From Candidatus Bathyarchaeia archaeon (lineage in GTDB: Archaea > Thermoproteota > Bathyarchaeia > Bathyarchaeales > Bathycorpusculaceae), in NCBI GenBank assembly GCA_038727135.1, contig JAVYWL010000001.1:416001-480000 (forward strand): a DNA stretch of 64,000 nucleotides. The letters are read 5' to 3'. Of this stretch, positions 37,930 through 47,269 are shown in pieces. A program made the translations under genes and the position numbers. Every line of letters begins with the position of its first letter. Position 1 is the stretch's first letter. A model generated the notes under the pieces. It was not told the origin of the DNA. It worked only from the letters and a program-made list of their open reading frames with translations, and made no database searches.

Positions 37930-39722
37930 TGCCTATGAAAAAGTCTGGAAACACCCATTACATGGTGGTCCTCGGCTTCCTACTCCTGTTACTGCTTTTC
38001 TCCCTTCTATTTCTTGTTGGAAAGAATAACGGGGCAACATCCGACGTTGGAGGAGAAACTTCACGAGAGAGTGATGCTGAGGATCATGTCTCCGTTTCTG
38101 AAACAACACCATTTAGTGGGGAAAACCCCCTGTCTAAAGCCTTAAACTATTTGAAAAACATTCAACAATCTGATGGCAAAATATCGGATTTCGCAACCTC
38201 ATGTTGGGCGGTTATGGCGATTGCCGCCGCTGGCGAAGACCCCCACAGCTGGAAGGGATCAAGCGGAAAATCCATAGTTGACTACCTAATCGAGAACAGA
38301 GGCCAAGTTAATTTGAACGTTCCCACGGATGTTGCACGGTTTATTTTGGCAATGACCGCCGCTGGAGAGAATCCAAGAAACATAGGCGGCACAAATTATG
38401 TTGAAATTCTTAAAGGCTTCTTTTCCAATGGTCAGATTGGAAGCGAATCGCAATTAAATGACGACTTTTGGGCTATTATGGCGCTGGTTTCAGCTGGCGA
38501 GGCTGCAAACTCAACAATTATTCAAGGGTCAGTTAACTTTATTAAAGCACATCAGAATGCTGATGGTGGTTGGAGTTGGGCTGTTGGCGAGACAAGCGAC
38601 GTGGACGACACTGCTGCAGCGATTATGGCTTTGGTTTCCGCTAGCGAAGACAGTTCAACGAGCAACATTGCAAACGCACTTCAGTATTTAAAAGGCCAAC
38701 AACAACCTAATGGCGGATTTCCATGTTTTGGCGTTATAAACAGCGCTTCCGATTCTTGGGCTATAGGCGCCATATGCAGCGCTGGGCAAAACCCAAGAGA
38801 CTGGAAAGTGAACAACATAAGCGTGATCGACCACCTCTTAAGTCTCCAAAATGCTGATGGCTCGTTCAATTGGACGTCAAGCACTCCAGCCAACAAGGCG
38901 CTTATGACGTCCTATGCCATCGTCGCTCTATGTTCGAGACAGTATCCAACCAACGGCTTACCCGTCTACGTTAGAATTGAAGGAAAGCAAATAACCATTT
39001 GGCGGCGCAAAGTTTTCGTGGCGGCATCCATAATCGTCGACGACGCCGGACAAACACACTATCTGCCAAAGCCAACGGTGCTTGGAGCCTTAGACAAGGC
39101 GTCTGAAATCGGCGGATTCGCTTATAAAGTTAGACAAACAGCCTACGGCTTATACGTCTACTTGATAGCTGGAGAGGAAGCCACTGGACTATCCGGGTGG
39201 ATGTACCGTGTAGACTATTACATGCCTAATGTTGGCATGGCTGATTTTGAATGGAATGTTACATCGCCTCCAAACCCGCCCCACAAGGAACTGCTAATTT
39301 ATTATGGTGATTGGACCAGTATGCCGCTGAAAATTTGGGTGAACAAGACTGAAGTACATCTTGGAGAAAACATAACGGTGCTTGTGATATACTACAATGA
39401 CACAAGCGGTGGTTGGCATCCCCTCCAAGGAGCAGCGGTTCACTTCCTAAACAGAAGATACACAACCAATGCAACAGGCTATGTGACCATTACCGTGAGG
39501 TACGACCCGCCCGTCTGGGCTGAAAAGGAAGGTTTCATACGAAGTGACATAATCGAAGTTAAGATAATCAACAATCCAATAAGCTCTAACACAGCAAGTA
39601 ATCAACAAAATTCTGAAAATACAACTCAAAAGAACGAAATAAACTCCTCCCTTTCTTTCGGATTTCTTGAGAGGCAGCTAGCTTGGCTAACATTTCAGTT
39701 TTGTGAAATAATAATCCGCTGA
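37926..39722 (+). CDS. Membrane-anchored prenyltransferase/squalene-oxidase-repeat (alpha/alpha barrel) protein with a DUF4430-like domain
   Basis: YLKNIQQSDG, FIKAHQNADGGW, YLKGQQQPNGGF, LLSLQNADGSF repeats, then TVLGALD...YGLYVYLIAG...GWMYRVD. Confidence 0.8.
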   Translation: MMPMKKSGNTHYMVVLGFLLLLLLFSLLFLVGKNNGATSDVGGETSRESDAEDHVSVSETTPFSGENPLSKALNYLKNIQQSDGKISDFATSCWAVMAIAAAGEDPHSWKGSSGKSIVDYLIENRGQVNLNVPTDVARFILAMTAAGENPRNIGGTNYVEILKGFFSNGQIGSESQLNDDFWAIMALVSAGEAANSTIIQGSVNFIKAHQNADGGWSWAVGETSDVDDTAAAIMALVSASEDSSTSNIANALQYLKGQQQPNGGFPCFGVINSASDSWAIGAICSAGQNPRDWKVNNISVIDHLLSLQNADGSFNWTSSTPANKALMTSYAIVALCSRQYPTNGLPVYVRIEGKQITIWRRKVFVAASIIVDDAGQTHYLPKPTVLGALDKASEIGGFAYKVRQTAYGLYVYLIAGEEATGLSGWMYRVDYYMPNVGMADFEWNVTSPPNPPHKELLIYYGDWTSMPLKIWVNKTEVHLGENITVLVIYYNDTSGGWHPLQGAAVHFLNRRYTTNATGYVTITVRYDPPVWAEKEGFIRSDIIEVKIINNPISSNTASNQQNSENTTQKNEINSSLSFGFLERQLAWLTFQFCEIIIR

Positions 39723-39746
39723 ATCTAACATGAACTGGTGGGCTGA

Positions 39747-40304
39747 ATGGATTGCAGACGTGTTGCAATGTTGACAATACTAACGGCATTATGCGTTGCG
39801 CTTCAGATAACCCCAAGGCCACCTAACGTTGAGGCCACATCCCTCATCTCCTTTTTGGTTGGATTCTTGTTCGGCGCAAGCTTCGGAGCTATTTTAGGAG
39901 CCTTAACAATGTTTATTAACGGATTTCTTTCGCCATGGGGTCTTGCCGGGATAATAATGCCCTTCCAAATGGTTGGGATGGCCCTAATAGGGCTCGCTGG
40001 AGGAGTTTACCGCAAAGTTTTAGGTGGAAATCCCAAAGAGGTAGTCAATACCACAAAAATTTTAAAATTGGAAGTTTCATTCCTTGCGGCTTTCCTCACC
40101 CTCATATATGATATACTGACGAATATTGGCTGGGCTCTGCCTTCAGAAACACCAATTATTGCCGCATTAATCCAAGGCGTATGGTACAGCGTAATCCACG
40201 TAGTGTCAAATGCCGTGTTTTTCGGAGGAGCATTTTTTATTCTGGTTAGGATTATAGGCAATCTGCTAGGTGAAAATCTATGGATATCACAAAAAGAAGC
40301 TTAG
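39747..40304 (+). CDS. ECF transporter S component (CbrT-like)
   Basis: 185 aa, about six TM helices, LTALCVALQI..PPNVE....FLVG..FG...G, HVVSNAVF. Confidence 0.72.
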   Translation: MDCRRVAMLTILTALCVALQITPRPPNVEATSLISFLVGFLFGASFGAILGALTMFINGFLSPWGLAGIIMPFQMVGMALIGLAGGVYRKVLGGNPKEVVNTTKILKLEVSFLAAFLTLIYDILTNIGWALPSETPIIAALIQGVWYSVIHVVSNAVFFGGAFFILVRIIGNLLGENLWISQKEA

Positions 40305-40744
40305 TGATATTTGGCTTAGGATGGCTAACCTCCCTCGTGCTTATAGGCTGTATTGCCGGATACTATTACGTAGAATACCAAAACTTGCTCAAAAGATTTG
40401 AAGAGTACAAGCGCCAGCCCTTGTTTATGCGCGTCAATATATGCATTAATTACGCTGAGTGGAACGGAACCTCAGTTTGGTATAATAACACGTTTGTACC
40501 TTTAGGGTGCAGCCTTTTAAATGCAACCCAGATGGTTGCAGTTGTAAGCTTCACTTATTGGGAATCGTATGATGCAAGTTTTGTAGACGCTATAAACAAC
40601 ATCGCAAACAGCGGAGGTAGGTACTGGATGTGGTACCGTTGGACAGGTAGCCGTTGGGAATACGGGCATGTCGGTGCAGATAAATATGTTTTATCCCCTG
40701 AAGAGACGGTGATGTGGCGATACGAGACTCCACATTACCCATGA
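40280..40744 (+). CDS. Membrane-anchored single DUF4430-like protein
   Basis: N-terminal TM helix; LLNAT...FVDAINN...YWMWYRW...GADKYVL...WRY, similar to the repeats in 36469..37929. Confidence 0.78.
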   Translation: MDITKRSLVIFGLGWLTSLVLIGCIAGYYYVEYQNLLKRFEEYKRQPLFMRVNICINYAEWNGTSVWYNNTFVPLGCSLLNATQMVAVVSFTYWESYDASFVDAINNIANSGGRYWMWYRWTGSRWEYGHVGADKYVLSPEETVMWRYETPHYP

Positions 40745-40757
40745 GGAGACAATGCTT

Positions 40758-42023
40758 CTACTCTTGCATTTTAAAGCGTAGAATGGCTGCTATTCCACCG
40801 AATGAATTTTTCAGCATCTGTCCCTCTTCAGTTTCTTCAGAGATTATTTCGACGTCTGTGTTTGTGTATTCGGCCAGTTGGGCGAAGTTTTCTATCAACT
40901 CCTGCTTTTCAACAATGCTTAATGATGGGGCTTTACATTTTGGGCATGGTTTCCCAACGAGGCTTTGCTCGAAACTTGTTAGCATGGGGCTTTTAACTGT
41001 ATGCTGCTCCTCATAACCGCATGCGCTGCACTTGACTTTCACACGCGCGATATCGAGACCTTCTGAAAGCAGCAAGGTCTTAACTGCGCCAGCTTCTAAG
41101 GCTTTTCTAACGGCTTCTTCCCCATAAGTGGCAAAACCAGTATCGTGACCAATTTCGTATAGGAACTGCTGCATTATTTGCCTCTCTTCTATGTAACGGA
41201 TTTTCCTCATAATCTCTGGCGCCTTGTCCACTATTTCCTTTACCCCTTGTTCGTCAACGTAAGCCGTGTCAACAGTGTCAATGATTTTCTCCTTCAGCTG
41301 GTAATTTAGGTAGTCGCCTTTCTCGAAGTCGTATTTAGTTGGTCCGGGCCCACCAATAATTATACCCTTCAAATTCTCTATGGGAAGGAAAACTTCGTTT
41401 GCATGTTCGCCTACACGCCTAAAATATTCTTGGAGGCGCATTTCCCTAAGTCTTTCAAACCTTCTGGCAGATTGCCCTCCAGCACGTGTCTTCCCCGGAA
41501 CACCAGAGGTCACTTCCCTAACTATTTCAAGTCTTCTACCTTGAAGAGTTGCAAGAGTCGCGGCTGTCGCGTCTATGAGGAGTATGCCATACGTCTCCTT
41601 TTCCCTTAAAAGCTCTTGCAAATGCTCTGTATGGAAACGAGAGTCGCATCTGTAAAGATATATATTTATGGGCTCCGGCGGTATAATCACATATGTCTCA
41701 ATTTTTTCGCTTCCGGCGCCATTTTGGGGAACCGCCCCACAAAATATTACAAGCCCGTTTTCTGGGGTTTCTTTGAAAAGTTTTAGGCGCTGCTGAACCT
41801 TTATAATGGCGTCTTGGACATTTTTGCGGGTTGTTGTGGATTTTATGTTCGAAGCGGTGCCGTATTCCTCTCTAAGCATGTTCATGACTTCGCTTATCTG
41901 CTTCCCTGGTGGAATGTAAAGCGAAATGAGCTCTGTTCCTCGTCCCTCTTTATTGGCTAGCGTGTTCAGTATCTTTTTTAACCGGAAGAGTTCGAGGGAC
42001 GTCCTTTTTTTAGGGGTGCTCAA
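40758..42023 (-). CDS. prf1: Peptide chain release factor aRF1
   Basis: GTELISLYIP, TASNIKS, YRCD, GGQSARRF, Zn-finger insertion, FGGIAAILRF; start taken at TTG 42023. Confidence 0.96.
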   Translation of the reverse strand: MSTPKKRTSLELFRLKKILNTLANKEGRGTELISLYIPPGKQISEVMNMLREEYGTASNIKSTTTRKNVQDAIIKVQQRLKLFKETPENGLVIFCGAVPQNGAGSEKIETYVIIPPEPINIYLYRCDSRFHTEHLQELLREKETYGILLIDATAATLATLQGRRLEIVREVTSGVPGKTRAGGQSARRFERLREMRLQEYFRRVGEHANEVFLPIENLKGIIIGGPGPTKYDFEKGDYLNYQLKEKIIDTVDTAYVDEQGVKEIVDKAPEIMRKIRYIEERQIMQQFLYEIGHDTGFATYGEEAVRKALEAGAVKTLLLSEGLDIARVKVKCSACGYEEQHTVKSPMLTSFEQSLVGKPCPKCKAPSLSIVEKQELIENFAQLAEYTNTDVEIISEETEEGQMLKNSFGGIAAILRFKMQE

Positions 42024-42097
42024 ATTTTTCACACAAAGTTTAATGCCTATAAGGCTACATGGCAACGGGTCAAATAAAAATATTGGACAAATAAAGG

Positions 42098-43078
42098 TTA
42101 GGACAAGCCTAAAACTTCTCTCAGAAAAGCCTTATATGGTCCAAGTTTTCCGCCGTAGTTGCCAGCGGAGATTCGCAGAACGCCGGGAACATTTATGGCT
42201 GCTTTTATGCCTTCACCCATAGCCTTCTTGACAGCCTCAACTGTCAAGCCGTTAATGACTATTTCATAGACGGCGTTGACATCTTCTGGCAGCTGAGAGT
42301 CTTCCACAACTTTCTTCAGTGTTGGACAGAAGGGATGGTTTGTTGAAGCCTTAAGCTTATATTTTAAGGAGCCAGCCTTAGAGCCAGATCGACAAACTCC
42401 ACCTGGAAAAGGCATTATAACTCCGCTTGCGCCATTTTTTATTGCCTTTACGGCCCCTTCTGCGGCTTGCAGTCCCGAGTTTTTGTCCTTTGCCAGTATG
42501 AGAAAGTTTCCACCGGCTACAGCCTCCACAACACCAAAAGAGTCTTCTACTATGAATTCACCTTCCATAACTGGGATTCTCCAAACCTTCCTGCCACCAA
42601 TGATGCCTTTCTTTTGGAAGCCATCGCCAAAATAGCGGAGACTACGCCCGACTTTAACCCTTCTTTTCGCTTCTGGCAAAGCGTCGAAAGCCGCCGTTGT
42701 CGGGCAAGTCATTATGCACTGTCCAATACGTAAAACCATCTGATTCTTCAGGTCGAAACGGTTCCGGTTGTAGATTTGGATTAAAACACCTACTCGTCCA
42801 TCCGGAGTTTTTTCTTTGGGAACGATTCCTTCAACTCCAGCCTCAGCGGGAGCCATAATGACACTTGTGGCAAAACCAGTTGCCACTTCAGCGGCGGTTA
42901 AAGCCCATTTTTCGCTGTCCGCCGTAATAAGCATTCTTCCAGCCCACAAAGGAAACATCTCGGCGAAAGTATCGGCAATTTTTACAATGTATCCGGCTGA
43001 AGATTTCACTATGAAGCATGGTCCAAACTTATCTTTCTCGTCGTAACCAGCCACTTCGATTTTTGTCATACTTTGCAT
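42098..43078 (-). CDS. ftr: Formylmethanofuran:tetrahydromethanopterin formyltransferase
   Basis: DTFAEMF, TGFATSVI, EAGVE, TPDGR, RIGQCIMTCPTTA, FPGGVCRSGSK, ISAGNYGGKLG. Confidence 0.95.
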   Translation of the reverse strand: MQSMTKIEVAGYDEKDKFGPCFIVKSSAGYIVKIADTFAEMFPLWAGRMLITADSEKWALTAAEVATGFATSVIMAPAEAGVEGIVPKEKTPDGRVGVLIQIYNRNRFDLKNQMVLRIGQCIMTCPTTAAFDALPEAKRRVKVGRSLRYFGDGFQKKGIIGGRKVWRIPVMEGEFIVEDSFGVVEAVAGGNFLILAKDKNSGLQAAEGAVKAIKNGASGVIMPFPGGVCRSGSKAGSLKYKLKASTNHPFCPTLKKVVEDSQLPEDVNAVYEIVINGLTVEAVKKAMGEGIKAAINVPGVLRISAGNYGGKLGPYKAFLREVLGLS

Positions 43079-43168
43079 TGTTTCAGCCCAGCCTTGTGGA
43101 TATTTTAAAATTTAATTTTAAGGCTTTTCACTTTCATGAACAGTTTTAACATGTTAATATCGATTTCC

Positions 43169-44134
43169 TTAGGGAAGCCAATGTGGCTCTGATGAAGTTT
43201 TGCCTTTTACGCTCTCCAGCTTTTTGGTAACAGCTTCTTTGGCTATTTGGTAGGCGATCTTATAGTCAAAGATGCCCTTCGGCTCTTCTGCAGCCATCTT
43301 AATCATTTTGGCTTCTATCACACTTTTTAGGACTCCTATAGCAAGGGCGCCTATGCCAAAAACGTTTGGAATTATTTCTTTCATATCCCATGTAGGTTTT
43401 AAGCCTTCAACACCTAAAGGTGGAATAGCGTTAATGTCAGCTACAATTTTGCAGTTCTTTCCATACTCCTTAAGCGTATTCAATGGTAGAAGCTGAATGC
43501 CAGCAGCCCCAGCCGCCAGAACTATCTCGGCATCTTTTATAGCCGCCCCAATTTCTTCTGGAGTTTTGGCTTCAACCCCTTTTGCTCTTTCCTCTTTAAA
43601 TTCTTCGTTTATTTTTTCCGCCACCGCTGTAGACCTCTTGAGGTCTCTTGACGTGACGATAACTTTCGCCTTCTCAGAAGCATAAAGCCTTGCGGCGGTT
43701 TGCCCCACTGGCCCGGTTCCAGCCAAGACTGTTACTTTTTTTCCTTCAAGGCTTCCGAAGCCCTTAACCATAGAGGCTTCAAGGGTTTTTGCAACAGCGG
43801 CTGAAGCTGTTGTGTAGGCGCCCCTTGGGTCTATTACTACGCTGAGTTCGAAAGGCGGAAACATGCACTTCTTTATTCTCTCTAAAATCTCGTTTGTCAG
43901 CTCAAAGTTGCGTCCGTTAATGAAAATCTTGGTGTGTTTTGTGCCTTCGGGACCACGAGGGAACATGGCGTCATAGACAAGTCTTTCAGCATCTTCCACC
44001 GTGACATTTTCATATTTTAAAATAGCGGCTTCCGGTAGAACATCTATTGTTGCCAAAATATCAAATGGACTCGCGTGCTTATCAGTGTCTAGAAAAATGA
44101 AAACTGTTTTGAACTGTTTTGCCAAAGCCTTCAA
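43169..44134 (-). CDS. NAD(P)-dependent methylene-H4MPT/H4F dehydrogenase (bacterial MtdA/B/C family)
   Basis: DTDKHASPFD, DAMFPRGP, DPRGAYTTASA, LAGTGPVG, AGAAGIQL, DINAIPPLGVEG, IGALAIG. Confidence 0.85.
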   Translation of the reverse strand: MKALAKQFKTVFIFLDTDKHASPFDILATIDVLPEAAILKYENVTVEDAERLVYDAMFPRGPEGTKHTKIFINGRNFELTNEILERIKKCMFPPFELSVVIDPRGAYTTASAAVAKTLEASMVKGFGSLEGKKVTVLAGTGPVGQTAARLYASEKAKVIVTSRDLKRSTAVAEKINEEFKEERAKGVEAKTPEEIGAAIKDAEIVLAAGAAGIQLLPLNTLKEYGKNCKIVADINAIPPLGVEGLKPTWDMKEIIPNVFGIGALAIGVLKSVIEAKMIKMAAEEPKGIFDYKIAYQIAKEAVTKKLESVKGKTSSEPHWLP

Positions 44135-44267
44135 CCTCGCCCCTTGTCTAATGCGGCCTAAACGTTTAAAAATTGCTGTTACAAAACAGTTTCTTTAAAC
44201 ATAAGAGAACACATCTGGAATACTTTAAATATTGAAAATGATTATGAAGTTCTAGAGGTAGGAAGAG

Positions 44268-44483
44268 ATGACAGAAGTCGTCGAAAAAGGTTTAAGGAAA
44301 ATTGGGATAACAGTTTCTAAACCAGTTTTAGCCATTATATGCATAGTTTTTGGCATAATAGTGATAGCGTGGAAGGAGTTCCTAAACATAATAGTTGGCA
44401 TATTTCTGATAATCGAGGGCGTCTTAATGATAACAGAATATCTGGAACTTAAAAGACAGCAACCGCCTCCCCCACCAACATAA
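44268..44483 (+). CDS. Small two-TM membrane protein (DUF3096-like)
   Basis: LAIICIVFGIIVI...LNIIVGIFLIIEG; own TATA-like and SD-like signals upstream. Confidence 0.7.
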   Translation: MTEVVEKGLRKIGITVSKPVLAIICIVFGIIVIAWKEFLNIIVGIFLIIEGVLMITEYLELKRQQPPPPPT

Positions 44484-44501
44484 ATTTACTCTTCCCATTT
44501 T

Positions 44502-45755
44502 TTGGCTCTTCCGTTTCTGCAAAGTGGAGCAAGCTTGCCGTTGACAATCACAAAAATACGGAACTTCTTGGTTATAGGCATAGACACAACTTTTATTGCC
44601 GCTTCTGCAAAAAGCGCCGGATACAACGTTTACGCCGTTGACTATTTCGACGACGTTGACCTACAATGGACTTGCGACGATTACGAGTCCGCAATAAAGC
44701 ATCGCAAAAGCGAAGGTGACGGAGATAAGAGCGCCTTTTTTAACCCACAAGTTCTCTTTAAACTGGCAAAAAATTTTGTGAAAAAGCATAATATAGATGC
44801 AATTTTGCTCTCCTCAGGTCTTGACGACCAGTTCGACATCCTTTACGAGCTGAATCGCATAGCCCCAATATTGGGGAATTCGCCCAACGTTATTAGAAAA
44901 GTTCGCGAAAAGCAGAGATTCTTTAAAGAACTCAAGGCGCTAGGCATTCCCCATCCTGAAACAGTCGTTGTTAAAAGCTTTTTGAAAGCGAAGGAAGCCG
45001 CCGCCAAGATTGGGTACCCTATCGTCATTAAACCAACCAGTGGCTTTGGAGGAATAGGAATAAAAGTTGCATCGAATTTTTCAGAACTATCGGAAGCTTT
45101 GTCATCAGCGTTTAAAACGGCTGGCAGAGTTGTCGTCCAAAAACTGATTAGAGGCTTTCATGCAAGCATATCCCTTTTGGCTAATAAAAAAGAGGTTAAG
45201 ATTTTGTCCATAAATGAGCAACTGTTAGGGTTGCCATCGGTTTTTCAAGAGGAGCCTTTTGGCTATTGCGGTAATATCGTGCCTCTTCAAACAACCGAGT
45301 CACTTTTAGCAAAATGTCAATTTATAGCTGAAAAAATCGCCTTGCACTTTGGTCTTATAGGTTCGAATGGCATTGACATTGTCATTTCAGAAGATGGAAC
45401 ACCTTATGTGATAGAGGTGAATCCGCGGTTTCAGGGAACTTTGGGCTGCATGGAGAGAGTTTTAGGAATAAATCTCGTCGATGCCCATGTCAAAGCTTGC
45501 CTACATAATGAACTGCCAACAGTAAAGCCGCCCTTAAATTTTTGCACACGCCTCGTCTTGTATGCTCCTAAGCGCGCCGTGGTTCCAGACCTTACAACAA
45601 TAAAAGAGGCGCGGAATATTCCTCCTCCTCAAAGCAAAATTGAAAAGGGAGAACCTTTATGCTCAGTTTTGGCTGAAGGGGAAAGCCGAGAAACATCCTT
45701 GCAAAAGGCCAGCGACCTAGCCAAGGCGATTTACAGTAAGTTACAGCCACTTTAA
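44502..45755 (+). CDS. ATP-grasp ligase of the type linked to methanofuran/H4MPT C1 genes (COG2232-like)
   Basis: SAKSAGY..YAVDYF.DVD, ILGNS, IKPTSGFGG, GSNGID, IEVNPRFQG. Confidence 0.82.
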   Translation: MALPFLQSGASLPLTITKIRNFLVIGIDTTFIAASAKSAGYNVYAVDYFDDVDLQWTCDDYESAIKHRKSEGDGDKSAFFNPQVLFKLAKNFVKKHNIDAILLSSGLDDQFDILYELNRIAPILGNSPNVIRKVREKQRFFKELKALGIPHPETVVVKSFLKAKEAAAKIGYPIVIKPTSGFGGIGIKVASNFSELSEALSSAFKTAGRVVVQKLIRGFHASISLLANKKEVKILSINEQLLGLPSVFQEEPFGYCGNIVPLQTTESLLAKCQFIAEKIALHFGLIGSNGIDIVISEDGTPYVIEVNPRFQGTLGCMERVLGINLVDAHVKACLHNELPTVKPPLNFCTRLVLYAPKRAVVPDLTTIKEARNIPPPQSKIEKGEPLCSVLAEGESRETSLQKASDLAKAIYSKLQPL

Positions 45756-46477
45756 ACGGGTAATTTCAATTTACGTGTGGCATTAATTATTGATGGACCT
45801 ACTATGGATGTTATAACAGCGGACAAACCCACTTTTATTGGAGTTTCAACAGCCCCCAGCGCCCATATGGCTTGAAGCCCTCTGACTTCGATGCCGTAAA
45901 ATAAATTATAGGTTTGGCATGGCACAAAAATGAAGATGCGGAAGAGAACATCAGCCTCTAAGCCGATAAACACGCTTAAGGCGAGAATATAAATTAAACG
46001 TTTTTTGGAGTAGGTATCCCACAAACTTTTCCATTTTGACGTAACAACTGCCAAAAAGATTAAAGTGGCAAAGGCTAGGTAGACGTCCCACATCCCCCAA
46101 AATGGAAGTTGCCAAGAAACTGGCGCCGCGAAAAAGCCTCCCAAAAGGGCTAGGTAATATGTTAAAACTATGCCCCATCTTTTCCTAAAAGCAAATGCTG
46201 AAATCATAGCTCCAAGGGGAGCCCCAAGGGTGAAAAGAAACTCGTATACATCAATGTAATTTATGAAGTGCCCAATCATGACTCCGATGATGGTTGAAAG
46301 GAAGCCGGCCCATGGCCCAAGCAATATTCCAGTTATCGACTCAGATATGAAAATCCAGCTTAACCAGACTCCAGAATAGGGTAAAATTGGTGGAACGGCC
46401 AGTGAGTCGCAAATTATATTGAAGGCGGCGCATACAGAAATCAACGCGATGAAAGTTGACTTTTCAAGCTTTCCCAA
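45752..46477 (-). CDS. Membrane protein, probable ECF S-component-like
   Basis: About seven TM helices; IALISVCAA...GILLGPWAGFLSTIIG pattern. Confidence 0.65.
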   Translation of the reverse strand: MGKLEKSTFIALISVCAAFNIICDSLAVPPILPYSGVWLSWIFISESITGILLGPWAGFLSTIIGVMIGHFINYIDVYEFLFTLGAPLGAMISAFAFRKRWGIVLTYYLALLGGFFAAPVSWQLPFWGMWDVYLAFATLIFLAVVTSKWKSLWDTYSKKRLIYILALSVFIGLEADVLFRIFIFVPCQTYNLFYGIEVRGLQAIWALGAVETPIKVGLSAVITSIVGPSIINATRKLKLPV

Positions 46478-46541
46478 TTGAATTCCTTCATCGTCTTATT
46501 TTCTCCAACTAAAACATACCCGCATTTAATAATTTTCAACT

Positions 46542-47159
46542 TCAGCCTAGAAAAAGTTGGATGAGGAATATGATTAGCGCTGTTAATGCACCTACAGTTA
46601 ACATTGCTATTCCGTAGAGCCATCTGTTCTCCTTTGCTATTTTGCCCAAGTATATGCCTAAAAGGAAAAGAACCGTCAAAGAAAGTGGTGTTGAAGCAAT
46701 GTAAGCGTTAAATATGGAGATTATCCTCATGGATGCCAGAATAAAAGGTGTTAGCGAGATTATGGCTGTTAAGGCTGGCGATAATCCATCTATTAACGCT
46801 ACATAGAAAACCACGAAGCGTGCCGCTTCATAATGCACTGAATCAACATGGTTTCTTGTTTTTTCCTCCATTTCCTTTAAGTGACGTTCTCTTTCGGCTT
46901 TTTCAGCCATAAAAGCCCCGAAAAAACCGGAAACTCCCATGGCAAGGCATGCTCCAAATCCGGCTAGCAGAATAACTTCTGGCTTTGCAACTCCAGCCAT
47001 CCATGAGCCTAAAACTATGCCGAAGATTGTCATGGCGCCGTCAAAACCGTTCATTACAAAGTATCTTCTAGCCAATCCACTTGCCTTGGTTACATGGAGG
47101 TAAATCCTAGCTTTCCTAAAGAGCTTTTTAAGAGAACTACCCAACTGTTGACTTTTCAC
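46542..47159 (-). CDS. VIT1/CCC1 family membrane protein
   Basis: RRYFVMNGFDGA, MGVSGFFGAFMAEKAE. Confidence 0.85.
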   Translation of the reverse strand: MKSQQLGSSLKKLFRKARIYLHVTKASGLARRYFVMNGFDGAMTIFGIVLGSWMAGVAKPEVILLAGFGACLAMGVSGFFGAFMAEKAERERHLKEMEEKTRNHVDSVHYEAARFVVFYVALIDGLSPALTAIISLTPFILASMRIISIFNAYIASTPLSLTVLFLLGIYLGKIAKENRWLYGIAMLTVGALTALIIFLIQLFLG

Positions 47160-47269
47160 CCTTTAAGGCGGATAGTTAAAGCCCATGTTTCAAACACGGT
47201 TTTAATACCACAACTGTTTAATATAAAGCTTTAGAATTCTCACTCAACTCTTTAAAAGGAGGAAAAAAT

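Noticed and set aside
37926-39722. Squalene-hopene cyclase or terpene biosynthesis gene
   Set aside because: Only one barrel, no DxDD in a cyclase-like context (the DVDD falls inside a generic repeat), exported topology and transporter context
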